Position numbers and translations under genes: made by a program. A stretch of DNA of 64,000 nucleotides from Anaerolineae bacterium (GTDB taxonomy: Bacteria > Chloroflexota > Anaerolineae > UBA1429). The stretch spans positions 192,001 through 256,000 of the forward strand of contig OY776562.1 of the NCBI GenBank assembly GCA_963675785.1. Reading direction: 5' to 3'. Below the pieces are notes generated by a model. That model made no database searches. It saw only the letters and a list, made by a program, of their open reading frames with translations, and had not been told where the DNA came from. Positions 1-9,009 of the stretch are shown here, piece after piece (positions within the stretch are counted from its first letter, which is position 1; every line of letters starts with the position of its first letter).

Positions 1-1
1 C

Positions 2-1033
2 GTGGTCGGCCTCATTGAGACGCAGCCAGAGCTAGCAATCAAGGCCGTCAAGTTGCGCAAGTACGGCCAAGAGCTTATCCGTATACTCAGTGGACGACGT
101 TTGCACATGCACTGGGCCGTGCCCGGTGGCGTGGCTGCCCCGTTCAAGCAGGAGGATCGCGATCTTGTCCTTTCGCAGGCTGATGAGATGATCGGCTATA
201 TACAGGATGGGATTGCTCTGATCAAGGGTTGGCTGGCAGCGAACCAGGATGTGGTGCGGAATTTTGCCAATTTCCCATCCAAGTACCTGGGCATGTCTCG
301 CGATGGCGCACTTGAGCTCTATGACGGTCCCATTCGTCTCATCGACGAAAAGGGTGGCTTGGTCAACGAGTTCGATAACAAGGACTATCTCCAGTTCATT
401 GGCGAGCACACCGAGGATTGGTCATACTTAAAGTTCCCGTACTATAAAGAACTTGGCCATCCTGATGGTTACTATCGCGTGGCGCCGTTGGCCCGTTTGA
501 ACATCGCCGACCACATCAGCACGCCGTTGGCTAACGCCGAGCTGACAGAGTGGAAGGCCTTGGCGGATGGCCCCGTCGAACCGACGCTATACTATCACTA
601 TGCCCGCCTTATCGAGGATCTGTACGGCATGGAGCGTGTGGTCGAGCTCTGTAACGAGCCGGATATCCTCTCGCAGGACATCCGCAATACCGGCGGCCAG
701 ATCACCGGCGAGGGCGTGGGCTGCATTGAGGCTCCGCGTGGCACCCTGTGGCATCACTACAAGACCGACGAAGACGGCATCATCACGGCTGTGAACCTCA
801 TTGTGGCTACCGGCAACAATAACTGGGCCATGAGCCATGCTGTGGATATGGTTGCCAAGACTTTTGTGGATGGCAACAACCTGACTGAGGGCATGTTGAA
901 CCGTGTCGAGGCCGCTATTCGCGCCTACGACCCCTGTCTCTCTTGTTCTACCCATGCTATCGGGCAGATGCCGTTTGTGGTCGATATCGTCGATGCCAAC
1001 GGCACGGTGGTGAACCAGGTCGTTAGGGACTAG
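2..1033 (+). CDS. hoxH: [NiFe]-hydrogenase large subunit, group 3 (HoxH/3d-like), 5' truncated by the window edge
   Basis: EAPRGTLWHHY motif; C-terminal L2 motif RAYDPCLSCSTH followed by a cleavable extension (AIGQMP...); Cys rather than Sec in L2. Confidence 0.9.
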   Translation: MVGLIETQPELAIKAVKLRKYGQELIRILSGRRLHMHWAVPGGVAAPFKQEDRDLVLSQADEMIGYIQDGIALIKGWLAANQDVVRNFANFPSKYLGMSRDGALELYDGPIRLIDEKGGLVNEFDNKDYLQFIGEHTEDWSYLKFPYYKELGHPDGYYRVAPLARLNIADHISTPLANAELTEWKALADGPVEPTLYYHYARLIEDLYGMERVVELCNEPDILSQDIRNTGGQITGEGVGCIEAPRGTLWHHYKTDEDGIITAVNLIVATGNNNWAMSHAVDMVAKTFVDGNNLTEGMLNRVEAAIRAYDPCLSCSTHAIGQMPFVVDIVDANGTVVNQVVRD

Positions 1034-1070
1034 TTTTCCGGCGTGTAGCACGACGTCTAACATCATACTC

Positions 1071-1110
1071 AACAAGGAGACAGGGCTAGACGTCCTTGTC
1101 TCCTTGTTTG
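1071..1110 (+). terminator. Stem-loop between hoxH and the maturation genes (terminator or attenuator)
   Basis: AACAAGGAGACA...TGTCTCCTTGTT inverted repeat followed by TGTT. Confidence 0.6.
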
Positions 1111-1123
1111 TTAGTGGGGCTTT

Positions 1124-1609
1124 ATGAAGCGAACCCTTATTCTTGGATTTGGCAACGAATATAGGCGCGACGATGGCGTGGCTCGTGAGGCCATCAATGG
1201 TCTACTCAAGGCCTTAAATCGGCCCGAATTGGCGCTCGATGATGATGGTTATGATGATTTGGGCCAGGATGTGGATGTGGCTTTTTTACACCAGCTTGTC
1301 CCCGAGTTGACCGAAGTGGTTGCGGATTATGACCAGGTTGTCTTTGTGGATGCGCACGTGCAAGGCATGTGTGAGGACATTCATGAAGAGATCATCTCGC
1401 CGTTTTACAAGCCCGGCATCGTCACCCATCAATTGACGCCGAACGCCTTGTTGGCCATGGCTAACGAGCTGTATGGTAAAATGCCTCAAGGCGTCCTTTT
1501 GACCATTCGCGGCCATGATTTTGATTTTGGCCTGGGCCTTTCAGAGCAAACGGCTGCCTGTGTTCCGGTTGTGGTTGAGCGTCTGTTGGCACTGACGGGC
1601 GAGGGCTGA
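1124..1609 (+). CDS. Hydrogenase maturation endopeptidase (HoxW/HybD family)
   Basis: LILGFGNEYRRDDGV, VVFVDAH and THQLTP motifs; directly follows the large subunit. Confidence 0.9.
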   Translation: MKRTLILGFGNEYRRDDGVAREAINGLLKALNRPELALDDDGYDDLGQDVDVAFLHQLVPELTEVVADYDQVVFVDAHVQGMCEDIHEEIISPFYKPGIVTHQLTPNALLAMANELYGKMPQGVLLTIRGHDFDFGLGLSEQTAACVPVVVERLLALTGEG

Positions 1610-1616
1610 GCGAATT

Positions 1617-1958
1617 ATGCACGAATTGGCAGTCACAGAGAATGTGCTCAAGGTAGCGAATGAACATGCTGCAAAGGCTGGCGCCTCAGCCATCACCGAT
1701 ATTTATCTGGTAGTGGGCGATCTGTCGAGCATTGTAGATGACTCGGTGCAGTTCTATTTTGACTACTTTAGCCAGGGAACGTTGGCCGAAGGAGCCAAGC
1801 TACATTTTGAGCGCATCAAGCCGCAGCTGCGCTGCCGCGCCTGCGGACGAGATTTCGAGATGAAAGAAATGGACTGGACCTGCCCACACTGCGGCGCAGC
1901 GGGTGGTGATATTGTTGCTGGCAAGGAATTTTTTTTAAGGAGTATCGAAGTAATCTGA
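1617..1958 (+). CDS. hypA: Hydrogenase nickel metallochaperone HypA
   Basis: MHELAV N-terminus; two CxxC pairs (CRAC, CPHC). Confidence 0.95.
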   Translation: MHELAVTENVLKVANEHAAKAGASAITDIYLVVGDLSSIVDDSVQFYFDYFSQGTLAEGAKLHFERIKPQLRCRACGRDFEMKEMDWTCPHCGAAGGDIVAGKEFFLRSIEVI

Positions 1959-1980
1959 TCAATCGTCGGAGGAAGGCGAT

Positions 1981-2649
1981 ATGGAAGTCAAAGTTGTACA
2001 GAATGTGATGAAGGCCAACGATTCGGTGGCTGAAGATAACCGCAAGTTTTTGGAAGCGCATCATCTTGCGGCATTCAATGTAATGGCCTCGCCAGGGGCT
2101 GGCAAAACCACCCTGTTGATGGCGACCATCGACAGACTCAAGGATCGCGTACGCCTGGGTGCCATTGAGGGTGATACCGCCTCGCAGGTGGATGCTGACA
2201 AGGTATCGACCACGGGCGTGCCGGTGGTGCAGATCAACACGGGTGGCGGCTGCCATCTGGATGCGCCGATGGTTCGCGAGGCGCTAGAAGCATTGCCGCT
2301 CGACGAGCTGGACGCGGTGATCATTGAGAATGTGGGCAACCTGGTGTGCCCTGCCGCTTTTGCCCTGGGCGAGACGGTGAATGTGGTCATCTTGAGCGTG
2401 CCCGAAGGCGACGACAAACCCTACAAGTACCCGGGCATGTTTGTGCGTGCTGATGTCGTAGTCATTAGCAAGATCGACCTGCTGCCTTATCTCGATTTCG
2501 ATGTCGAGGCCTTTAAAAAGCTCGTCTTGAGCGTCAATCCCAAGGTGGAGTTCTTTGAGCTTTCTTGCAAAACCGGCGAGGGCGTTGATGCTTGGTGCGA
2601 TTGGGTAGCCGATTTCACGGCAAAAGCCAAGGCTGAGAGCGAGGCGTAA
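1981..2649 (+). CDS. hypB: Hydrogenase nickel incorporation GTPase HypB
   Basis: SPGAGKTTL, GGGCHLDA, ENVGNLVCPA, PEGDDKPYKYP motifs. Confidence 0.95.
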   Translation: MEVKVVQNVMKANDSVAEDNRKFLEAHHLAAFNVMASPGAGKTTLLMATIDRLKDRVRLGAIEGDTASQVDADKVSTTGVPVVQINTGGGCHLDAPMVREALEALPLDELDAVIIENVGNLVCPAAFALGETVNVVILSVPEGDDKPYKYPGMFVRADVVVISKIDLLPYLDFDVEAFKKLVLSVNPKVEFFELSCKTGEGVDAWCDWVADFTAKAKAESEA

Positions 2650-2652
2650 CCC

Positions 2653-5013
2653 TTGCCTCTCAGACGAGCACATATCCATGTGAATGGCGTTGTGCAAGGC
2701 GTGGGTTTTAGGCCGTTTGTGTTCAATCTGGCTGAGCGGCTCAATCTGGCCGGCTGGGTGTTGAATGATTCGGGCGGTGTGGAGATCGAAGTAGAAGGCG
2801 CGGAAGAGACTATCCGCGCCTTTGCCAACGAAATCCAAGAGCATCATCCGCCGCTGGCGCGCGTTGAGCAGTTCGAGCTGGCTTGGCTGAAACCAGACTC
2901 CGACCCCTATCGCGAGTTTGAGATTCGCCATTCGTTGGCCAAGGCTGGTGCCTATCAACTTGTTTCGCCCGATGTGGCCACCTGCGCCGATTGTCTCGCC
3001 GAGGTGCTCGATCCGACCGATCGGCGCTATCGTTACCCCTTTACCAACTGCACTAACTGCGGCCCGCGCTTTACTATCATTTCGGATCTGCCCTACGACC
3101 GGCCCAACACCACCATGCGCGATTTCCCCATGTGCCCCGATTGCCAGGACGAGTACACCGATCCGCACAATCGACGCTTTCATGCCCAGCCCAACGCTTG
3201 CCCGGTATGCGGCCCCCATTTGGAGTTGGTTCAGGGCAGGGCGAATCCGGCTTTGGTGGATGTTCTGCCTCCCGAGGATATGGGCGATGTGATCGCCCGT
3301 ACGGCGGCACTGCTGCTAGAAGGCGCGGTGGTGGCCATCAAGGGGTTGGGCGGCTATCAATTGGCTTGCGATGCCACCAGCGAGCGCGCTGTGGCAGCCC
3401 TGCGCCAGCGCAAACAACGGCCCGACAAGCCCTTTGCGCTGATGATGACGACCTTGTCGCAAGTGCGCTCCTATTGCCGTTTGGCTGATGACGAGGCTGA
3501 ACTAATGAGCTCGCCGGGCGCCCCCATCGTGCTGTTGGAGCGTCTGGAACAGCCGCTGGATGATCTGCTGCCCATTGCGCCCTCGGTTGCGCCGGATAAC
3601 GCTTATCTGGGTGTGATGTTGCCCTATACGCCGCTCCATCACATTCTGCTGCGTGATGTGGGTCGGCCCTTGGTGATGACCAGCGGCAACCTGACTGAAG
3701 AGCCCATTGCCGCCGAGAACGACGAGGCCCTGGCGCGTTTGGGGCCGCTCTGCGATGCGCTGCTGATGCACAATCGCGGCATCTATGCCCGCTATGACGA
3801 TTCGGTCTGGTTCGTGGCCGATACCGTGCAGCAGGGCCGGGTGGTTCGTTTGTCTCAGGTAACCCGCCGGGCGCGTGGTTATGCGCCTTTTCCCGTGCAG
3901 TTGGGCTTTGAGACGCGTCCTGTGCTGGCTTGTGGCCCTGAACTCAAGAATACTTTTTGCCTGACGCGGGATAGATACGCTTTTGTGTCGCAGCACATCG
4001 GCGATATGGAGAATCTGGAAACAATTGAACATTATGAACGGACGCTGGCCATTTACCAGCATCTGTTCGATAGCCAACCCGAGGTGGTGGCCGTAGACCT
4101 GCATCCTGGCTATGCTGCCACGCGTTTTGGCAAAAATTTGGCGCAGGACAAGGGCTTGCCCTTAGTCGAGGTGCAGCACCATCAGGCTCATATCGCCTCT
4201 TGCATGGCCGATAACGGTTATGGCCCCCAGGATGGCCCGGTGATTGGCGTGGCCCTGGACGGTACCGGCTATGGCAGCGATGGCCGCATCTGGGGTGGCG
4301 AGTGGTTTGTGGGCGGTTACGATGGCTTTGAACGTGTGGCCCACCTAGAATACCTGCCGCTGCCCGGTGGCGATGCGGCCACGCAGGCGCCCTGGCGTAT
4401 TGCTGCAGGCTATGTACAGGCTTTGTTTGGCGAGGTACGCGGGCTTACATTGGGCGTAGAGCCCGATAAAATCACCTTTGTGGCCCAGCAGGTGCAGCAG
4501 GAGATCAATGCGCCACTGACCAGTTCCATGGGACGCCTTTTCGACGCTGTGGCGGCCCTGGCTGGCCTTGGGAGTGTGGCTACCTATGAGGCGCAACTGG
4601 CTATCGCCCTGGAGACGGCTGCCGGTCGTGCTCCTCTTGTTATGAACGAGCCAGCTTATCCCTACATTTTGGAGAACGCCTCGGGAGTATCCATAATCAG
4701 GGTCAAGCCGCTGCTGCAGGCGGTGCTGGACGATGTTCGCGCTGGACGGGGTACAAGGATCATCTCGCGCCGTTTTCACGCGGCGGTGGTGGCCATGACG
4801 CGCGATGTCTGTGCAAGTATTCGCCAGCAGACGGGCCTGAACACGGTGGCATTGAGCGGCGGGTGTTTTCAGAATCGGTTACTCATTCAGGGCGTGACGG
4901 CAGCTCTCGACGCACAAGGCTTTGAGGTGCTGCTGCATCGCGTTTTACCGGCCAACGATGGCTGCATCAGTTTGGGACAGGCGGCCATCGCAGCGCTTGG
5001 AATGGAGCATTAG
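2653..5013 (+). CDS. hypF: Carbamoyltransferase HypF
   Basis: GVVQGVGFRPFV acylphosphatase domain, Zn fingers, VQHHQAH and PANDGCISLGQ motifs. Confidence 0.95.
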   Translation: MPLRRAHIHVNGVVQGVGFRPFVFNLAERLNLAGWVLNDSGGVEIEVEGAEETIRAFANEIQEHHPPLARVEQFELAWLKPDSDPYREFEIRHSLAKAGAYQLVSPDVATCADCLAEVLDPTDRRYRYPFTNCTNCGPRFTIISDLPYDRPNTTMRDFPMCPDCQDEYTDPHNRRFHAQPNACPVCGPHLELVQGRANPALVDVLPPEDMGDVIARTAALLLEGAVVAIKGLGGYQLACDATSERAVAALRQRKQRPDKPFALMMTTLSQVRSYCRLADDEAELMSSPGAPIVLLERLEQPLDDLLPIAPSVAPDNAYLGVMLPYTPLHHILLRDVGRPLVMTSGNLTEEPIAAENDEALARLGPLCDALLMHNRGIYARYDDSVWFVADTVQQGRVVRLSQVTRRARGYAPFPVQLGFETRPVLACGPELKNTFCLTRDRYAFVSQHIGDMENLETIEHYERTLAIYQHLFDSQPEVVAVDLHPGYAATRFGKNLAQDKGLPLVEVQHHQAHIASCMADNGYGPQDGPVIGVALDGTGYGSDGRIWGGEWFVGGYDGFERVAHLEYLPLPGGDAATQAPWRIAAGYVQALFGEVRGLTLGVEPDKITFVAQQVQQEINAPLTSSMGRLFDAVAALAGLGSVATYEAQLAIALETAAGRAPLVMNEPAYPYILENASGVSIIRVKPLLQAVLDDVRAGRGTRIISRRFHAAVVAMTRDVCASIRQQTGLNTVALSGGCFQNRLLIQGVTAALDAQGFEVLLHRVLPANDGCISLGQAAIAALGMEH

Positions 5014-5014
5014 T

Positions 5015-5248
5015 ATGTGTTTGGCAATTCCGGTTCAAATCAAGTCGATGAACGGACAAAAGGCCGTGGTCGAGCTATCAGGCGTGGAGCGCGAGATCAG
5101 TCTGGCGCTGACGCCAGAGGCCAAGACCGGCGACTATGTCATCGTCCACACGGGCTTTAGCCTCAGCGTGCTCGATGAGCAAGAGGCCTTGGAGACGCTG
5201 GCGCTGTTTGATGAACTTGAACAGGCGGCTAACGAGGAACTGCCGTGA
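5015..5248 (+). CDS. hypC: Hydrogenase chaperone HypC
   Basis: ATG at 5015 gives MCLAIP...VIVHTGF, in frame within ORF 4922..5248. Confidence 0.93.
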   Translation: MCLAIPVQIKSMNGQKAVVELSGVEREISLALTPEAKTGDYVIVHTGFSLSVLDEQEALETLALFDELEQAANEELP

Positions 5249-6342
5249 AGTACATCGACGAATTTCGCGATCCGGCGGCGGCGCGTGTCCTGCTGGCGCA
5301 AATTCAAACCATCAGCACACGCCCTGTGCAGTTCATGGAGTTTTGCGGCGGCCATACCCACGCCATTTTCGAGTTTGGCCTGCGCCAGATGCTGCCTGAG
5401 ACGGTTCGCTTGAGCTCGGGGCCAGGCTGCCCCGTGTGTGTGACCTCGATGAGCGACCTGGCTTTAGCCTTTGACCTGCTCGAACAATCGGGAGTCATCC
5501 TGACTACCTTTGGCGACATGATGCGCGTGCCTGGCCCCAACGGCAGTTTGCTAGAGGCCCGTTCGCGCGGTGCCGATGTGCGCATGGTTTATTCGCCGTT
5601 GGATGCCCTCAGTTTGGCCCGTGAGACGCCCGACCGAGAGGTGGTCTTTCTCGGCGTGGGCTTTGAGACCACGGCACCCACGGTAGCGGCCACGCTATTA
5701 CAGGCCGAAGCTGAGGCCCTGCCCAACTTTTACGTGCTGAGCTTGCACAAGCTAACCATCGCCGCCATCCGCGCCATTCTGGCTGCTGGCGAGGTCACGC
5801 TGGACGGCGTCATTGGGCCCGGCCATGTGGCGGCAATTATCGGCGCCGATGCCTGGGGGCTCTTGCCTGATGAGTATGGTATCCCCTGTGCCATCTCGGG
5901 GTTTGAGCCGTTGGACATGCTGCGGGCCATCAAGAGCCTGGTAGAGATGGCTGAGGAGGGTGCGCCAGCGGTAATCAATACCTATGGACGTGTTGTCAGT
6001 GCTGAGGGCAATCGCCATGCTCAGCAGGCCATGTCACGTGTGTTTACGGTGGGGTCTGCCGATTGGCGCGGCTTTGGTACGCTTCCCGATAGTGGCCTGC
6101 ACATTCGCCGGGAATACGCCCATCGCGACGCCCGGGTGGTGTTTGCGCTAAAAGCGCGCACTTTTGTCGAGCCCAAGGGCTGCCGTTGCGGCGACGTGCT
6201 GCGCGGCACGGCCACGCCGCTGGATTGCGCCCTGTTTGGTCGCGCTTGCACGCCGGCTAGCCCCGTGGGCCCTTGTATGGTCAGTTCTGAGGGTGCCTGC
6301 TCGGCTTATTATCAATATGGGGCGGGTGATAACGATGTCTGA
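5245..6342 (+). CDS. hypD: Hydrogenase formation protein HypD
   Basis: MEFCGGHTH, GPGCPVCVT, GFETTAP, GPCMVSSEGAC motifs. Confidence 0.95.
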   Translation: MKYIDEFRDPAAARVLLAQIQTISTRPVQFMEFCGGHTHAIFEFGLRQMLPETVRLSSGPGCPVCVTSMSDLALAFDLLEQSGVILTTFGDMMRVPGPNGSLLEARSRGADVRMVYSPLDALSLARETPDREVVFLGVGFETTAPTVAATLLQAEAEALPNFYVLSLHKLTIAAIRAILAAGEVTLDGVIGPGHVAAIIGADAWGLLPDEYGIPCAISGFEPLDMLRAIKSLVEMAEEGAPAVINTYGRVVSAEGNRHAQQAMSRVFTVGSADWRGFGTLPDSGLHIRREYAHRDARVVFALKARTFVEPKGCRCGDVLRGTATPLDCALFGRACTPASPVGPCMVSSEGACSAYYQYGAGDNDV

Positions 6343-7354
6343 TGAACGCATTTTGCTGGCACACGGCAGCGGCGGGCAGCTCAGCCATGAGCTGGTCTCC
6401 CGTGTCTTTTTGGGCCGCTTTGGCAACGATACGCTGAACGCCTTGGGCGATTCGGCACTATTGGATTTGCCCAACGACGGCAGTCGCCTGGCGCTGACTA
6501 CGGACAGCTTTGTGGTCTCGCCGCTGTTCTTTCGCGGAGGAAGCATCGGCAAGTTAGCCATCTGTGGCACCGTGAACGACTTGGCTGTGGCTGGCGCCAA
6601 GCCCCTCTATCTCTCCGCCGGGTTCATTCTGGAAGAAGGCTTGCCCTACGAGGTTCTGGAGCGCGTGGTGGATGACATGGCTCGCATGGCGGCGCAGTCT
6701 GGTGTACAGATCGTTACCGGTGATACCAAAGTGGTGAACCATGGCGCCGCCGATGGGCTGTTCATCAACACGGCTGGTGTGGGCATCGTACCTCTTGGAC
6801 GCGAATTGTCGCCGCAGCGTTTGCGGGTGGGCGACGTGCTCTTGATCAATGGCACCGTGGGCGACCACGGCATTGCCGTAATGTTGGAGCGCGAAAATCT
6901 GGGGCTGCGCAGCGAGTTGGCCAGCGATTGTGCCCCGCTCAACGGCCTCATTGCCGAGGTGCTGGAAGCTTGCGGCGATGCGGTGCATTGCATGCGCGAC
7001 GCCACCCGTGGCGGCTTGGTGGCTACTCTGAACGAATGGGCCGAATCCGGTGCGTGCTGTCTGCAGGTGGAAGAGACGGCCATCCCTGTGCGCGAGGATG
7101 TGCGCGCCGCCTGTGAGCTGCTGGGGCTCTCGCCCTATTATGCGGCCAACGAGGGCAAAGTGGTGATAGCGGTGGCGCCCGAGGCGGCCGATGCTGCTCT
7201 GCGTACTATACAGGCCCATGAATTGGGGCGTAATGCGGCCATCATCGGCCAGGTGGTCGAGGGCAAGGCTGGACGCGTGTTGCTACGCACCTCCCTTGGT
7301 GCCCGGCGTCTGTTGGATATGATTGTGGGCGACCAACTTCCGCGTATTTGCTAG
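6335..7354 (+). CDS. hypE: Carbamoyl dehydratase HypE
   Basis: ATG at 6335 (MSDERILLAHGSGG); TGDTKVV motif; C-terminal PRIC. Confidence 0.95.
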   Translation: MSDERILLAHGSGGQLSHELVSRVFLGRFGNDTLNALGDSALLDLPNDGSRLALTTDSFVVSPLFFRGGSIGKLAICGTVNDLAVAGAKPLYLSAGFILEEGLPYEVLERVVDDMARMAAQSGVQIVTGDTKVVNHGAADGLFINTAGVGIVPLGRELSPQRLRVGDVLLINGTVGDHGIAVMLERENLGLRSELASDCAPLNGLIAEVLEACGDAVHCMRDATRGGLVATLNEWAESGACCLQVEETAIPVREDVRAACELLGLSPYYAANEGKVVIAVAPEAADAALRTIQAHELGRNAAIIGQVVEGKAGRVLLRTSLGARRLLDMIVGDQLPRIC

Positions 7355-7371
7355 CTGCCTTGGAGACTCAC

Positions 7372-8211
7372 ATGGCTTTCAATACACCATTGCAGATCAT
7401 CGAATCCGTATGCAGTATTGGCCAACAAAAGTGCGCCAACTCGACCTCGCGCAAGCTGTTGCTGGCCATCCTCTCGGGCGTGTTTGTGGGCTTTGGCGGA
7501 ATTTTTGCTATTGTGGTGGCTAAGGGGAGCCCCGTGCTAGAGGCGGCGAATCCCGGCCTGTCGCGCCTTTTGTTCGGCGCCGTTTTCCCGGTGGGCATTA
7601 TCATAATCGTTTTGGCAGGCGGAGAGCTATTCACCGGTAACTGTGCCTTGCTGACGCCTTGTTGTCTGTCGGGGGCTATCCACTGGAAGACCCTGCTCAA
7701 GAATTGGGGCATCATCTATCTGGGCAACTTATTGGGTTGTCTCATTGCTGCGCTGGTGTTCGCTTTTAGCACAGGCATCATCGATAACGGCGGCACGATG
7801 AGTGCCGTCAGCGCTAGCCAGGATTTCGCGGCTTATCTTGGCAATCAGGCGGCGGCTATGGCCGAGGACAAAGTGAGCCAGGGCTTTGGCACGTTGCTCA
7901 TCAAGGGCGTGGCCTGTAATTGCCTGGTTTGTCTGGCGGTGTGGCTCTCTATCGCCGCCGAGGATGTGCCCGGCAAGATCATCGGACTGTGGTTCCCGGT
8001 GGTGGCTTTTGCCGCGTCGGGATTCGAACACTCGGTAGCTAACATGTTCTTTATTCCGCTGGGCATGGCCAACGGGGCGCAGGTCACCATCTCCCAATTC
8101 CTTTTTTCCAACTTGTTGCCCGTTACCCTCGGCAATATCCTTGGCGGTGCGGTATTAGTTGGGGCGGCCTATTGGTGGGTTTACGGCAAGCCGAATCCTG
8201 CTTGCAGCTAG
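7372..8211 (+). CDS. Formate/nitrite transporter (FNT) family channel
   Basis: GGELFTGN, CNCLVCLAVW, GFEHSVANMF, VTLGNILGG motifs; GGAG RBS before ATG 7372. Confidence 0.92.
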   Translation: MAFNTPLQIIESVCSIGQQKCANSTSRKLLLAILSGVFVGFGGIFAIVVAKGSPVLEAANPGLSRLLFGAVFPVGIIIIVLAGGELFTGNCALLTPCCLSGAIHWKTLLKNWGIIYLGNLLGCLIAALVFAFSTGIIDNGGTMSAVSASQDFAAYLGNQAAAMAEDKVSQGFGTLLIKGVACNCLVCLAVWLSIAAEDVPGKIIGLWFPVVAFAASGFEHSVANMFFIPLGMANGAQVTISQFLFSNLLPVTLGNILGGAVLVGAAYWWVYGKPNPACS

Positions 8212-8238
8212 TCGATACTCTTCTCGCGGAGGTACGGC

Positions 8239-9009
8239 ATGGCGGATGAAATGGTTCTTTGGCACTATACAGACGGCGATTGGCGGCAAGAGCGTCACTC
8301 CTTGGTGCCCGAGCGTCCGCTGGCCCTTTTTATCAACGGTCGGCAGATAGCAGTCATCATGCGTTTGCCCGGCTTGGAGCGTGAACTTGCTCTGGGCTAT
8401 TGCTATGATGAGGGCTTGTTGGTCGATGCTTCGGCGGTGCAGGGGATGTCCTTCAAGCCCGGTTCGCCGGACGAACTAGAGATGTTGGTCGAGCCTGAGA
8501 CACTGCGCGATAACGCCGTGTCTGCTATGCCTCGTCTGGTGATGGCTGTAGCGGGCGTGGTACAGACCGCCGGACTCGCACCCTTGGTTTCCTCATGCCG
8601 CGTTACGCCGGACAAGCTGTTGGCTATGCCTGCGTTACTGGATGCGGGCCAGGTGCAGCGCCGCGAGACGGGCGGCACCCATGCGGCGGGGTTGTTCTCC
8701 ATAGTCGAGGATTGGTACGTCGTGTGCGAGGACATTGGTCGACATAATGCGGTGGACAAGTGCGTGGGCACAGCGCTGTTGACGGGTCGTATGCCTGAGG
8801 AGATGGTGTTGCTGTGTACTGGCCGGCTCAGCTACGAGATGGTGGCCAAGGTTGTGCGAGCGCGTATCCCCATTATCTGCACGTTGGCTGTGCCCACGGC
8901 GCTGGCCGTCTCTTTGGCGGGAGAATACGGCATCACCCTTGTGTCGCGCCTCGATGATGACAGTTTCAGGGTGCACGCCCATCCAGAGCGCATTACGGGG
9001 TGGCACTGA
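8239..9009 (+). CDS. fdhD: Formate dehydrogenase accessory protein FdhD
   Basis: TGGTHAAGLF, EDIGRHNAVDK, TGRLSYEMV motifs; the usual Cys loop appears absent. Confidence 0.85.
   Translation: MADEMVLWHYTDGDWRQERHSLVPERPLALFINGRQIAVIMRLPGLERELALGYCYDEGLLVDASAVQGMSFKPGSPDELEMLVEPETLRDNAVSAMPRLVMAVAGVVQTAGLAPLVSSCRVTPDKLLAMPALLDAGQVQRRETGGTHAAGLFSIVEDWYVVCEDIGRHNAVDKCVGTALLTGRMPEEMVLLCTGRLSYEMVAKVVRARIPIICTLAVPTALAVSLAGEYGITLVSRLDDDSFRVHAHPERITGWH

Noticed and set aside
2-1033. [NiFeSe] hydrogenase, given selC in the window
   Set aside because: The L2 motif is encoded with Cys codons (DPCLSC) and has no in-frame TGA
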